A stretch of DNA of 64,000 nucleotides from the human T2T-CHM13v2.0 reference genome, Homo sapiens, in NCBI RefSeq assembly GCF_009914755.1, contig NC_060929.1; one strand, 5' to 3'. Made by a program: the position numbers and the translations under genes. The notes beneath the pieces were generated by a model. The model had not been told where the DNA came from and searched no databases. It saw only the letters and a list, made by a program, of their open reading frames with translations. Below, piece by piece: positions 16,401-32,204 of the stretch (positions are counted from its first letter, which is position 1; each line of letters opens with the position of its first letter).

Positions 16401-18774
16401 CATAGTAGAAGAATTCTTCTTGGAAAAGGATGCCTGAAATAAGGCAAAATTATTGAAGTTAAATATAGGTCCAAGAGACTCTAGCACTTAGAATTGCAGA
16501 AGCTTCCATTTAAAGCTGCTTCATCCTTTTGATTCAAAGCCAGAAAAAAGACATTCAGTAGGACTAACAACTGTTCATGAATGTACTGTTAAGCTAATTA
16601 CTTAATGCTAAAATTATTTAAAAGGCATTACTTGGAAATGTTTACAGTATGTGATTTGATTAACAAAACTATTAAGGGTATGCTTACTATCATCAATAAT
16701 TTTTACTATACATTTATTTGTATTGGGAATACATTACTTGTTCCCTTAGAATTCTGACAAATATAATCTTAGCTTCAATTCGGAGAAGTTGTTCTGCTGG
16801 AGATAAATTTGATTGATTTTTATTGCTCCTGGAGGCAAAACTTAATGAGTGGAAACAACCTGAGAATCTTTCTCACCATCAGAGCTGTCCAACAGTGGAG
16901 TGTAATTTTTTGAAACACATAATTCTCTCTTTTTCCTGTATTTCCAGTTGCTTTATGCTCCTGCATTACTTTTCTTCCTGGTCCACTGACATTTCTCCAC
17001 CTCCATTTCCAAACATAAATCCATAAACACAAACCCATGCAACCCTCTCTATGTATCATCCCGAATATATATACATCTTGACTTCTTCTGAGTTAAGATT
17101 CTAAAGGAAATTTTAATAATAAATGAAGTGTGTAGCAGAAGAAGAGGGAGAGAATAAAGCACAGGGATACGATAAGAGACCCAGTTGTGAAACATAATTG
17201 GTCTGTAAACTGAAGAAAGTCGTTTTTCAGGGTCCAGTTGGGGCCTCAAAGCCTCCTTAATTCTGTTTCCTAATTGAACCACCAAGACCATCATTTCTGA
17301 CTCTGATCCACTTTGCCCTCTGCAAATCCTGTTCTTACTTTTACCCCCAGAGATTCTCTCTCTGAATTGTGAATACCATAGAATTACCCCTTTTCTCTCC
17401 CTTGAAGATCACTATTACTGGACCCCTGGAGTGCCTTGTCATGCTTATTTCCTGAGACAAGTACTAGGGCAAGTGTTGACTGATATCTTTTACGAAAGTT
17501 AAACTATTTTGTCCACTGACATTTACCCTTGATAGCAGATGCCACACTTCTCAAAGTCTGTCTACTCATCAAGTCTCTTCCTATTTTGAAGGCTACCTTC
17601 CCTTTTGAGCTGTCTCTTTTTTCCACTGGTGGTTACTTCCAACACAGCTCACTCAAGAATTGGAGGTAATTGGCATCACTTAAACCAAGTCAATTAAGCC
17701 CAGATTGACCCAGGGTGGTAACTGTCAACTTCTCCAGGTTCTCTTTAGGTAACTCAAATTTTGGCAATTTTCAAGGTGGTAGTTTACCAAACTCTTATTT
17801 CTATAGTGTTGGGATAGTAAAATACTTGGTAATGTGTTGAGTGAGAGACACATTCTCTTCCCCTAAAGGAAGAAGGAAATTTCATTATTTCACTTAAAGG
17901 TGCCTTTCAATGTGACATAATTAAGTGATTAAAAAGCACAGCCTTTGTCTAGATAAGAAGCTTTAAGCACAGGTAGCATGAAATCAATGCAAAAAATCTA
18001 AAATATGTATTCAAAAACTGTGTTCTAAGAAATATTTAGAATATGTGACCCCTGAGCCTGTGCAAAATGGGTTGTAGGGAAACTGGAAAGTCAAGGAAAA
18101 AGGTCTTCTTGGAGGTTCTAAGCTATGACCCTTAATTCCCATGATGTATGTCAGAAAGTACTCATAGGAAAATAGACACAAAAAGTGAAGACTAGGACAA
18201 ACTCAGCCTAATGAGACCTTTTCAAACTAAACTCATTTTCTGAAAGGAAAGCTAGAACAGCTCTTGCTGTGTGGGGAATTTCTAGTCATTCCCCTTACTG
18301 CTGAAAGTTATAGAGAAAAGAAAGGAAACTGGGACACTCTATAGCAATGGTCCACTAATAGAATTAAGAAATTTGGAGAGTAAACAACATATAAAGCCTG
18401 GAAGAAGTTGGTTCAACATACACATCTACCACAATGGCACCCAACCAGCAGTCTCAAGCAGCAAAGATGTCACGGAGGAATTCACGTCACCCCTCTTCAT
18501 TCTGCCCTCCATTCATCAGGGCTTTTATGCAGCACTTTGTGGTATAAGTGAAAGTTCAGTTCCATCACTGATGTACTCCTATACATCAAAGTGTGTTTTC
18601 TGATTGATTACTGTTTTTGGCATTACAGTACTTCTTCTACTTTTCAAATTGATTCCTTTTATCTATAAGTTTTCTTCCTCCTCCCTTTTCATTGATGATA
18701 TTCATGACATAATGAATTCAAATAACGTTTAAAGAGGTCTCTACAGTGGATTTTTTTGGTATTTACTGAGAGAG

Positions 18775-19120
18775 AAACAAAAATAAACTTGGCAGTTCTT
18801 TACATTCTAACATATAAAATAAAACATTATACTGTAAATTTAAGTAAAAACTATAATATACAATAAATGCAAAATATAATTCATATAAATGCAACCAACT
18901 CAAAGTAGTAAATACAATTATAATAAATAATACAACACATATATAATAAAGAAATGCAAAACAATAAGCATAAGTGAATACACAAATACAATATACAATA
19001 AATTCAAGTAAGAAATACAAGATACAAAATTTTAAAATGCAAAATATATTCAAGAAACAAATGCAATATACATTTAAGTAATTCAAGTAATTTACACTCT
19101 AGCATACACAATAAAGCACT
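18775..19120. repeat. A/T-rich low-complexity tract
   Basis: Strongly A-biased, with recurrent 'aatac(a)a' and 'aaatgcaaaatat' motifs. Confidence 0.6.
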
Positions 19121-19330
19121 AAATTTAATACCCATTATGAGTGATGTAAGAATTGAGCTTTCCATTCCTCTGTTCTTCAAGTGGAAAATTCAACTAATAT
19201 TTCTGGTCTTCAGTACTCTCATCTGTAAAATGAGAAGGCAATGTTGGTTTGTGTTGTCTCTAAGGTTTTTATAACTATAAATATCCTACAGGTCTACAAA
19301 TATTTCATGTTTGAGGAGGAAGCGTGGAAG

Positions 19331-19702
19331 AGTAGCAAATGCTCGTGGTGACCAAGGCAAAGTCTCCTTATTCCTTGGTAAGAGAAGCCCAGTTTTATCT
19401 GGGACAGCAATATGCATGTGATAGAGGTTGGCATGTAAGATCTAATAATGAGATATAAACAGACATTGTTGAGTGGAGCTTTAGGGAAAATCGTTTAGGA
19501 TAGAGATTTAACTGGCATTCCTCTTTGGCCCTTTACTCTTTATCCATTTTCAAATGCCCCAATAATGTACAGGAGTCTGAGGGTTCCACAGCTAGCTGTG
19601 ACCATGAGGTGGCAAACGAGAGGTCCAATTTTACATTTTGAAGACAGGAACAGAAAGAATCAGCCTGAGTCCCTAATGGCATCCCTGAATTACCTACCCC
19701 CA

Positions 19703-19745
<43 letters not shown>

Positions 19746-19835
19746 TGTGTTTATAACACAAATAAATTCCTATTTATGTAAGCCACTGCTAGTTGAGTTT
19801 TATGTAATTCCTAAGGTAAACCTAATTCTAAATAA
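19331..19835 (+). mobile_element. Ancient ERVL/MaLR LTR relic (LTR33/MLT1-like) containing (TG)n at 19706-19744
   Basis: 'gtgaccatgagg', 'gcctgagtccctaatggcatc', 'aataaattcctatttatgtaagccactgctagttgagtttt'. Confidence 0.55.
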
Positions 19836-20024
19836 AAGAGAGTGAAGATAGAAGCACACCCATATAATTGTCATCATTATATAATATTTAAAATAAAACA
19901 TAATTATCTTTGTCTGAAATGACTTAGTTTTCTTTGGAAAGAGATCACATAAGAAAACACGAATTTTAAAAAATCCTACCATGATTTATAAAGAAACATG
20001 CAGCTGCAAGAGTGAGGCATTTTT

Positions 20025-20299
20025 TTTTTATTACACTTTAAGTTCTAGGGTACATGTGCACAACATGCAGGTTTGTTACATATGTATACATGTGCCATTT
20101 TGGTGTGCTGCACCCATTAACTTGTCATTTACATTAGGTATATCTCCTAATGCTATCCCTCTCCCCTCCCCCCACCCCACAACAGGCCCCGGTGTGTGAT
20201 GTTCCCCTTCCTGTGTTCAAGTGTTCTCATTATTCAATTCCCACCTATGAGTGAGAACATGCGGTGTTTGGTTTTTTTTTTCCTTGCGATAGTTTGCTG
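20025..20299 (-). mobile_element. 5'-truncated L1 (L1PA4-like 3' end, ~275 bp)
   Basis: L1 3'UTR plus T-tail, with a perfect 16-bp TSD agagtgaggcattttt (20009-20024, 20300-20315). Confidence 0.93.
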
Positions 20300-20858
20300 A
20301 GAGTGAGGCATTTTTGAAGCACCCTAACTTTTGAAACCTGTGAATACTTTTATATTGTCTGGCACCACTTCTTATTTCAATGACAACTAATTTGCTTTTG
20401 TTCATTCCAATTAGGTCCACATCCATAACATCCAGTAGGTCATTCTCTGGAGATAAGAGTTTGTGATACCAGCAGAACCTTTGTCCTCCGTGACTGGTCA
20501 GTGGGGTAGTGGCTCTGAGTGGAGGGCAAGCTTACGTGGAGGACAATGTGAATTTGGGTTCAACATTGAGATAGACAGGACAGGACTCCCCTATAAATAT
20601 GTAGGCATCAAATTGCAAATTGTACTGTTGTTCCCCCAAAAATCAGCAGACCAGTTAAAATGAAAAACTGACTTTTTTTGAAAAATTACATAAGAAATTA
20701 TTCCTTAGGACATCCCCAGAGCTTTATCCAGTTCTTAGATATAACCCAAAGGAAAACTTTCATTCTTTATTCCTTTTCCCTAATAAGAAAGAGTAATTTG
20801 GGGGATAAAAACCATGTTTTGTTTTCCACCCTTACCTGCTACCCCACAACAGGCATGG

Positions 20859-20861
20859 GCA

Positions 20862-20892
<31 letters not shown>

Positions 20893-20893
20893 G
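20859..20893. repeat. (CA)n microsatellite
   Basis: Read directly from the sequence. Confidence 0.95.
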
Positions 20894-21396
20894 CAGGCTC
20901 CTTTCCCAACTGGAAATTTAAGCACTTTGAAGGCAATGGATTTTTTTCTGAGATTATAATAGAAGCAATACAAAAACCGAAAATTAAACCTCAGACTCAC
21001 TGTTTGAAAAAGTACTAGCCATTTCCTGCCATGAATAACTTCTCGCTGGTTTGTTCCCCACTCAGCCCCATAACATCTCTTCCGCCTCTCTGGTTCCTTT
21101 CCTCTGGTTCCTAGCTGCAGCCTGTCACACGTCAATCCTGTTAATGTCTTACGCATAACATTTTAGTTCTCAACCATCTACCTCAAGCTTAATTCCACAC
21201 TGAGGTTTCTATATCCAAAAGTTTAAAGGCCTTCTCCTTTCCACTTTTTTGAGCTCAAAGAACAGGCAGGTATTTGGAAATGACAGATTATGGAGTTAGA
21301 TTCCCTACCCACTAGTCCCTTTAAGAAGAAGCTCCTGTACATCACGAGTTCTCTTTTCCTCTTTCTGCCTCATACACCTAATGAAGGAGACCTACT

Positions 21397-21560
21397 CAAT
21401 TCATCAAACCTTTATTAACCACTGTCGACATAGCAGATGCTGCTCAGTATCAGAGAAACTGAAGGAAAAACATGCAGTCCCTTACCTTGAGAAGTTCAGA
21501 GTCAACATCTGTGGAGACACAGATGTTGACACACAACGGTAAAACCTTGTGGTCATCACC
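21397..21560 (-). mobile_element. L2 3'-end relic
   Basis: 'tcaattcatcaaaccttttattaacc...gcagtcccttaccttgagaagttcagagtc'. Confidence 0.55.
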
Positions 21561-22543
21561 ACAAGAAAATCATGTATAAACGATTATGAGGACAAAGCTA
21601 AATATTTTTCAAATATAATCTTCAAAATCTTAAATATACCTACAGCACAGGTATGGACACCTTGGTCAGGTGACAACACACCTGCACAAATACCTTTTGA
21701 CATGCCAGTGAATCTATGTAAATTCTTCTTTCACCCAATTGTGCTAGGCTTCAGCCTTGTAGAAATTATCATAAGCTTATTGTTAGTATTTCTTTAAATT
21801 AAATGTTTACATTTGAAATTACTGGTAAAAGTAGGCAGTAACATTTTCACTTCTGCAGTGGGATTTCCTTCATGTTTCACTAAACAGGTAATATCAGTGG
21901 CTTCCCCTTATACTCTTTCTTGAGTCAAACCAGTGATGTAACCCTACGGTAGCTCATACACAGATAGCACAATGCTGCAGGCTAGAACCCACCCATTTCA
22001 CTGCACCCACCTAGCTTTTATCAGTCAAATTATCAGCTTGACAAACACCGATTCAGCAATTTTCAGTATTTCCTGGTGTGAAAGGGCCATCACACTCAGT
22101 ATTTCTCAAGATGAAAATCATCAAGTGGTTAGAGTGCAACTGTGAGTCACAGAGATGCTAATGCTAGCCCTGGCCCTGACTCACTCTTTGACCGCTGTCC
22201 TGTACTCTCCACCCGTAGGTTCCCCAACATATCAGTTACATTTTCCTATTTACTTGTCATAAGGAAGGAGCTATACTTAGAGATTATTTGAAAATTGGCT
22301 ATTGTTGTGGAAACCTAAATAGCTGTTCATAATAAATAGTTTTCCGAGGCTTAAATTTATCTATTGGAGAAAGGACCCAAGTTTAGAAATTAAGAAAACA
22401 AAATCCAAGTCTACAAAAAGCAGGTCCAGGTCATCACCTCTATCTCCTGCCTTTGAGACACATGCATACTGAAGCCCAGACAGCTAACAAATCTTCCCCA
22501 AAAGGCCCAGCTCTGCAGTGCCTAAATCAGCACCATCCAATAA

Positions 22544-24311
<1,768 letters not shown>

Positions 24312-27300
24312 CCACCACGTCTGGCTAATTTTTTGTATTTTTAGTAGAGACGGGGTTTCACTGTGTTAGCCAGGATGATCTTCATCTCCTGACCTTGTGA
24401 TCTGCCCATCTCAGCCTCCCAAAGTACTGGGATTACAGGCGTGAGCCACCACGCCCGGCCACCATGTGTATAATTTTTAGTTTTCTAGTAAAAAGGGTAA
24501 AAAAGAAATAAGTGACATTAACTTCAATAATATATTTTACTTAACCTAATATGTTCAAAATATTATTGCTCCAACATGTAGTCAATTTTTTAGAATTATC
24601 AGTTTGTTGCACTCTTTTTATACTAAGTCTTTATTCACACTAAATTTTCATACTAAAATACAGTGACTATTTCACACTTACAGTATATCTCAATTTAGAC
24701 TAGCCACATATCAAGTGTTCCAGTAGCCACATGTGACTAGTGGCTACCGTATTGGACAACATAAGCCTAACCTAACTCCAGTGATTCAGTCTCCTAGCAG
24801 AGGTCAGCATCAACTAACAGGATAAAATGAAAAGCAGCATAACTTCTTTAAGCTTATCAGAGCCCTACTGCTACCTCTTCTTGTATTCTCTATGACCCTT
24901 TTAAAAAAAGAATATCATTCTTCTGTATAACAACATTCTCCCTCCCTATTCCATTCTGGGACTTCACTCTGATTAAATCCTTTTGAAATTCACTTTAAAA
25001 AAATCCCTTTTCTGTTTACCTGGGCTCCCTGAGTATGCCTAGGGAAATTATCAGTAGGAATTTTCTTATTGCTTGTAAATTATGTTTAATTCCTAAATTT
25101 CCCTTTTTCTGCCTTGTCTGAAAGCATTCCAAACAGAAACTAGTCAAAGAAACTAATTTTTTTGTTTTTCCATCAGTTGGTGACCTCATAGGTAGAACCG
25201 AAAAGGTCATTGTGATTATAAACCCTCTCAAGAGGTTGTTCTAACTTTGTCAACATAAGGTTCATTCTCAATAATAATGTGTCTTAAAATGATGTTTCCT
25301 TGGATCCTTAAACAGAATAATGCATGACTTCAAGTTAGGAATTTCCAGTGATGAATATTTCAAGTGAGTAGGATTACAACAAACTTAGATGTCCACAGAA
25401 AGTTAAAGGGTGAGTGGACAAGATCTGGGGAGCACACTACTTTTTTCTGACTTTCCAGGAGAAACCATATTCCTGGGACTGCCAGCTTCACTGCAGACAG
25501 GTGTGAGGACTACAATGACCCCAGTAAGCTATTCAATGTGCAACAGGGCTGTACATCACATTTCTCTTGGCATTGACTTTTTTTGTGGACAAACAACAGA
25601 ATGTAACCTAAGTAGCTCCTAAGCAAAAATACGAAGTCTACAAAATTAGATTCCATGCCACATGAATTCATTGTCCCACTTACACACCACTATCTAATAT
25701 GTGTTACGGATAAGAGGTTGGATTCCAGCTGAAAGGCAGAAAGGCCATGACATCAAGAAAAGGAGAATTTGAGGGAAGACTTTCAAAAAATCAAGAGGCC
25801 AGACGTGTCTCAGAGAAAAAAACATTTCGGTGGCTAACGAAAGGGTGTGTGTGTTTAAAATAAAAAAGAAGAATGTCTCAGAACATATTTTTAATCATCA
25901 TGGAACCTCCTAGCCTTACAAAACAGAGGGTAGATGCCAGAAAAGAGGGATGAATTGGTCTACCAGGGGCTACTGGAAGGACAGTATTGGATTGTGGATA
26001 CCTGCATTCTCCTCGCAGCTCTGTCTTTAGGGTATTGTAGGACTTGATCATAGAGCTAACTTTTGTTTGCACAGTTTAACTGATTTTTAAGTTCCGTTAA
26101 TGCTCAACAATGGAAAATTTATTAATAGAAGCACAGAGATGTCTTAGAAAAGCTTATGAGAAAGAGGCGGGGCAACTGGCAGGAAAGAAACTAGATGTTG
26201 TTAACACCCATCCCACATATTTCCAACCACACCACCTCCTTTCAGAGAACAAATTTCCTCTGCCTCTGGCACTCAGCTAGATCTCACAAAGGTTAGAGCA
26301 AAAAAAAAAAAAAAAATCCTGCTGCCCCCTCAGTTCACATCCAGCCACGCTTGCTATCACCAAGGACATCCTGGAAACATAAAGGTAATATAACAAGGAC
26401 AGACTGGGAGGCAGAGCCAGACACGGAAGTCTATGCTAGTACAATAGCACTGTACATGTTACTACTGCCTCCTCCCGCACCCCCTTTCAGGTACTTCATG
26501 CCCAGCCCTGTCTGTCTGAGGGTTGCTATGATTATAAAAGCACCATAAATTGGACATAAAATATAAATGTGTTTTATTGTTGATAAAGTATCAACTGTCA
26601 TAATCTTTAAATCTATAGTCTACACTGAATGCCATAATCACTAACAGGTCAGTATGACATCTATTTTTTTTATCAAAGTATTAGTTCCCAAAATAAGTTC
26701 ACCCAGCTTTAATCCTTGGGAGAGAAACTGCCTCAATCTTTGGTATCCCCAAGGAACAACATAAAGTAATAAGACATCAAATACTAGCTGTAGTCTGAGA
26801 AGCCCACGACATCATATGATTAAAATGTACTATTTGTTTGCTATCACGACATGAATTCTCCTTCCCTGTGGTGCTGCTCACTTCCTCTCTAACATCTGAA
26901 CTGTTTTGAAATACATTGTATGCATAGCAATAGCTAGTATGAAAGGGCTTCAAGAAAGCCTTGTTGTTTCATGAGATTTGGGGCCACAAAAGTTAAACAT
27001 TTAACCTGGCAGGAACTCAAAGTCCAGGCAGACTCAAGTGTTTGAGCTAATTGTGTTTTAAAAGTATGTAGATTAGTGTTTTGAACTTGGATACAAATTG
27101 CAACAGAAACATTACTGTGAATGGTGGTTAGGTTCGAGATCCAGCATGATGTCCATTGTAGCTGCCATACTAAACTTTCATAATAAATATAGTTGGAAAG
27201 AGTATTGTTTTAAAAATTTTGTGTAATGATTCAGCTCTGTATATGCCCCTGCTTGCCATTGCTCCTTGGAATATTGAAATGAACCTTCATTCATTCAGGC

Positions 27301-27469
27301 TCAGTATATTAATTCAGTATAAACTATGATAAAGGATAACTAACACGTCTTTAATATAATGTGGGCATGGGACATGTATTTTGTTTTGGAAATATCCAAA
27401 ATTATTCAGACTCAGGTCTAATGAATGAAGTAGAATGAACTTGTCTTCCAAATTAAAAATTAAATACCA

Positions 27470-29850
27470 CAGCAAGAATAGTTGGGGATTTCCATATTCC
27501 ACTTTCAATGGATAGAACAAATAGGCAGAGGATCAACAAGGAAATAGAAGACTTCAATAACACTACAAACTAACAAGACATAGCATACATCTCTGTATAA
27601 AATACTCCACCAATCAGGGAGAATATGTATTCCTGTAACGTACACATGGAACATTCCTCAGGAAAGAACATACACTAGGCCATAAAATGAATCTTGCTAC
27701 ATTTTAAAGGGCTGAAATCAAAGCATATTCTCTGACCACAATGGAATGAAATTAGGAATCAATAACACAGAAATTTGCTTCTCAACAGATAATGGGTTAA
27801 AGAAAAAATCAAAGAGGAAATTAGAAAATATTTTGAGATGAATAAAATGAAAATACAACATACCAAAACACATAGAATTTAGCTGAATAAGTTCTTACAG
27901 AAACACCTACAGTTGTAAATACCTATGTTAAAAAAGAATAAAGATCTCGAATAAATAACCTAATCTTCAAACAACCTTAAGACATTAGAAAAAGAAGAGA
28001 AATCTAAACCTAAAGCAAGAAGAAGGAAGGGAAAACTAAAGATCAGCATGGAAATAAATAACATAGAGAAAATAGAGAAAAATAATAAAACAAATAATGA
28101 AAATCAACAAAATTGACAAACTTTTAACTAGATTGACCAACAAAAAATTACATAATACTAACATTTCAAATTACTAGAATCAGAAATGAAAGAGGAGAAA
28201 TTAATAATAACTTTGCAGGAATAGAAAGAATAATAAACAAATACTATGAACCATTGTATACCAATAAAAGGGACAAGTTCCTAGAAAAGCACAGACTACC
28301 AAAACTGACTCAAGAAGAAATACACATTCTGAATACACCTATAACAAGTAAAGAGATTGAATTTATAATAAAAAGCTATTCACACAACAAAACTCCAGGT
28401 CCAGATGGCTTTACCGATAAATTCTGCCAAACATTTAACCATGCATTAATACCAATTCTTCACGAACTCTTCAAAAAATAGTTGAGAAGAATACACTTCA
28501 TAACTCTTTTTTTTAGGAAAGTATAATCCTGATGCCAAAGCCAGATAAGAAAAGAAAACTATAGACCAATATTTCTTATAAATTTGGGTGCAAAAATTCT
28601 CAACAAAATCGTAAACTAAATCCGGCAACATATAATACAAATTATATCATGACCCAGTGGGATTTATCCCAGGAATCCAAGATTGAATTAACATCTGAAA
28701 ATCAAGTAATGCAATACACCATATCAATAAAATATAAATAGAATAAAAAATTAAAACCGCAAGATTTTTTTCAATAGATGCATAAAAAGTATTTGACAAA
28801 ATCTAATACCCTTTAATGATAAAAACACCCAACAAACTAGGCAAATAAGGGAACTTCCTCAACCAAATAAAAGTTGTCTAGAAATACCCACAGCTAGCAT
28901 CATACTTAATGGTGAAAGACTGGATGCTTTTCCCCTAAGATCAGGAACAAGATCAGGACACTATCAAGAAAGTAAAAAGATAACCCACAGTATGGGAGAA
29001 AATTTTCAAAAATTACATATAAGAGATTTATATCTACAATATATAAAGAATTTTTACAACTTGAGAATAAAAGGCAAATTAACCAATTTAAAATGGGCAT
29101 AGGCTATGAATAGGTGTTTTAGCAAAGAAGATATATAAATGGCTCATAAGCACATGAAAAATTATCAAAATTATTGGTTATCATGGAAATATAAATAGAA
29201 ATCACAATGAGATACCACTTCACACCTACCAGGATGGCTAGAATTACAAAGTTCAGTTAAAAACAAGTGTTGGCAAAGATGTGGAGAAATAAGAACCTTC
29301 ATACACGTATGAGAATATGGGAATGTAAATTGGTGTGACCACTTTAGAAAACAGTTTGAAAGTTCCTCAAGTAGTTAAACAGGATTACCACATAACCCAG
29401 AATTTCACTTCCAGATATATACCCAAGAGAAATGAAAGCATGTGTCCACACAAAAACTTGGACATGGATGTTCATGTAAGCATTATTCTTAAGAGCCAAA
29501 AAGTGGAAACAATGCACATGTTCATCAACTAATGAAAGGATAAATGAATGTGGTAAGTCCATACATTGGAATATTATTCAGCAATAAGAAGGTAAAGCAT
29601 TAATACACAGTTAGTACTTTACTAATCATGGTTACTCAAAGCTGAGTGTATGGAAGGATAGGAGGATTGGGAGGTGATAGCGGAAAGATAAAGGGTTTTT
29701 TTTTTTTTGGAAGTGATGAAATTTTTTTAAATTGTGTTGATGGTTGCATATGTCTTTGAATACACAGGAAAACATTGACTTGTACACATTCAATTGGTAA
29801 ATTACATGATAACTTGAATTACATCTCAACAAATCTTTAAAAAAAAAAGC
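27470..29850 (+). mobile_element. Old L1 (L1MB-like), 5'-truncated with an internal deletion
   Basis: ORF 28254-28481 (DKFLEKHRLPKLTQEE...TPGPDGFT) and an L1MB-type 3'UTR ending 'tacatctcaacaaatctttaaaaaaaaaa'. Confidence 0.88.
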
Positions 29851-30225
29851 TTAACACTAAACAAGCTTTAGAAACCTACCCAGTTCTCTGCTGTCTGTGA
29901 AAGCTTCTCTTTGCAACTCCTCTTCCTATTCTCTCAATTCAGAGTATGTGGGCAATTTTGGAGTTTGTACTAGCAGATTGCCTAGGTTATAGTGAACAAT
30001 AGATTTTGTTGCATTTTCTACAAACATGCTAACTTAATTCTTTATCTTATCTCAATTGCCAATCTTTGAGAGTAATGCTTGATTCTCTGAAGGAAATCCT
30101 GGTGCTGAATTGATTTGGTATAAATTAAAAAATAGAATACAAAGACAAAGGAGGACTTAATCTCTAAGATTTTCATGGTTATTTGAAGGAGAAAGCAGAT
30201 AGGTTAATGGAAAAGAAAGATAATG

Positions 30226-30580
<355 letters not shown>

Positions 30581-30607
30581 TTAGACCTGCAAGGAGCTTC
30601 AGACATC

Positions 30608-31305
<698 letters not shown>

Positions 31306-32204
31306 ACATCTAATCCATCCTCTTTGCTTTACACATGAGGAACCCAAAACTGGTAAATTGAGTGTCTAATTCAAGATCATGCACCTAACTGCTCACCCAC
31401 TACACTGGTTGACCCAGGACTTGGAGGTAGTGGGATGGGGAAAACAATAACCAATGGGAGGGAAGAAGACAGTTCTCAGTGCAAATACTGGGAAAATCCT
31501 GGGTGAGCCAGCATGAGTCATCCTATGTTGACAGCACCAGTCAGAGTCAACATACCTCCTGACTCCTCATCCAGTCTGGTGCTCTTTCTTCAAGGGCATG
31601 TTTTCTCAGACAGACAGCTCTCTACTCTGAGAGATCTTATAAGCCCACTTTCCAATGACTGCTCTCTGGATGAGAATTTTCCAAAATGCAAATTACCTTG
31701 TGAGTTAATTTTATTATATGAATAAATACTTATATTTCAAGACCTTACATTAGTTTTTTCCTATGAGTCAATAATTTTACCATGATATTTAACATAAACC
31801 TAACATCTTATCACTTTTCTTCTCATTTATCAAATTAATTCCAGTGAGACTTAAGTTTTTAAATATACTGAACAGACGTTTGCTACAGCATGCTGCTATG
31901 GAATAGGTATGTGGTCTTCAGAGTCTTTGTTATCACTGAAATAATCCACACTAGAAACACAAAAACATGAAAACTGTTTTATGTGACTAATCCACCACAT
32001 TCCCTAGAGGCTGCTGTTCTTATTTCATCACAAACACAAAGTTATTGATATGGAATTCATTTCTTCCTGCTTACTTTAACCAACTACCTACCTAGCCACA
32101 TGGCCATTATAGAGTTAAAATCTACCATGAGAAAGAAATAGAGCCCTTCATGGCCTAAGGCCATGTGGGGTTTCTTTGTGTTTTGTTTTGTTTTTAACAT
32201 TGAT

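Noticed and set aside
18763-19086. 107-aa hydrophobic, membrane-like ORF
   Set aside because: It is a translation artefact of a T-rich low-complexity strand.
25878-26072. Possible minus-strand exon ending at 'cag|gtatcc'
   Set aside because: No clear acceptor or partner exons, and the peptide is unrecognised.
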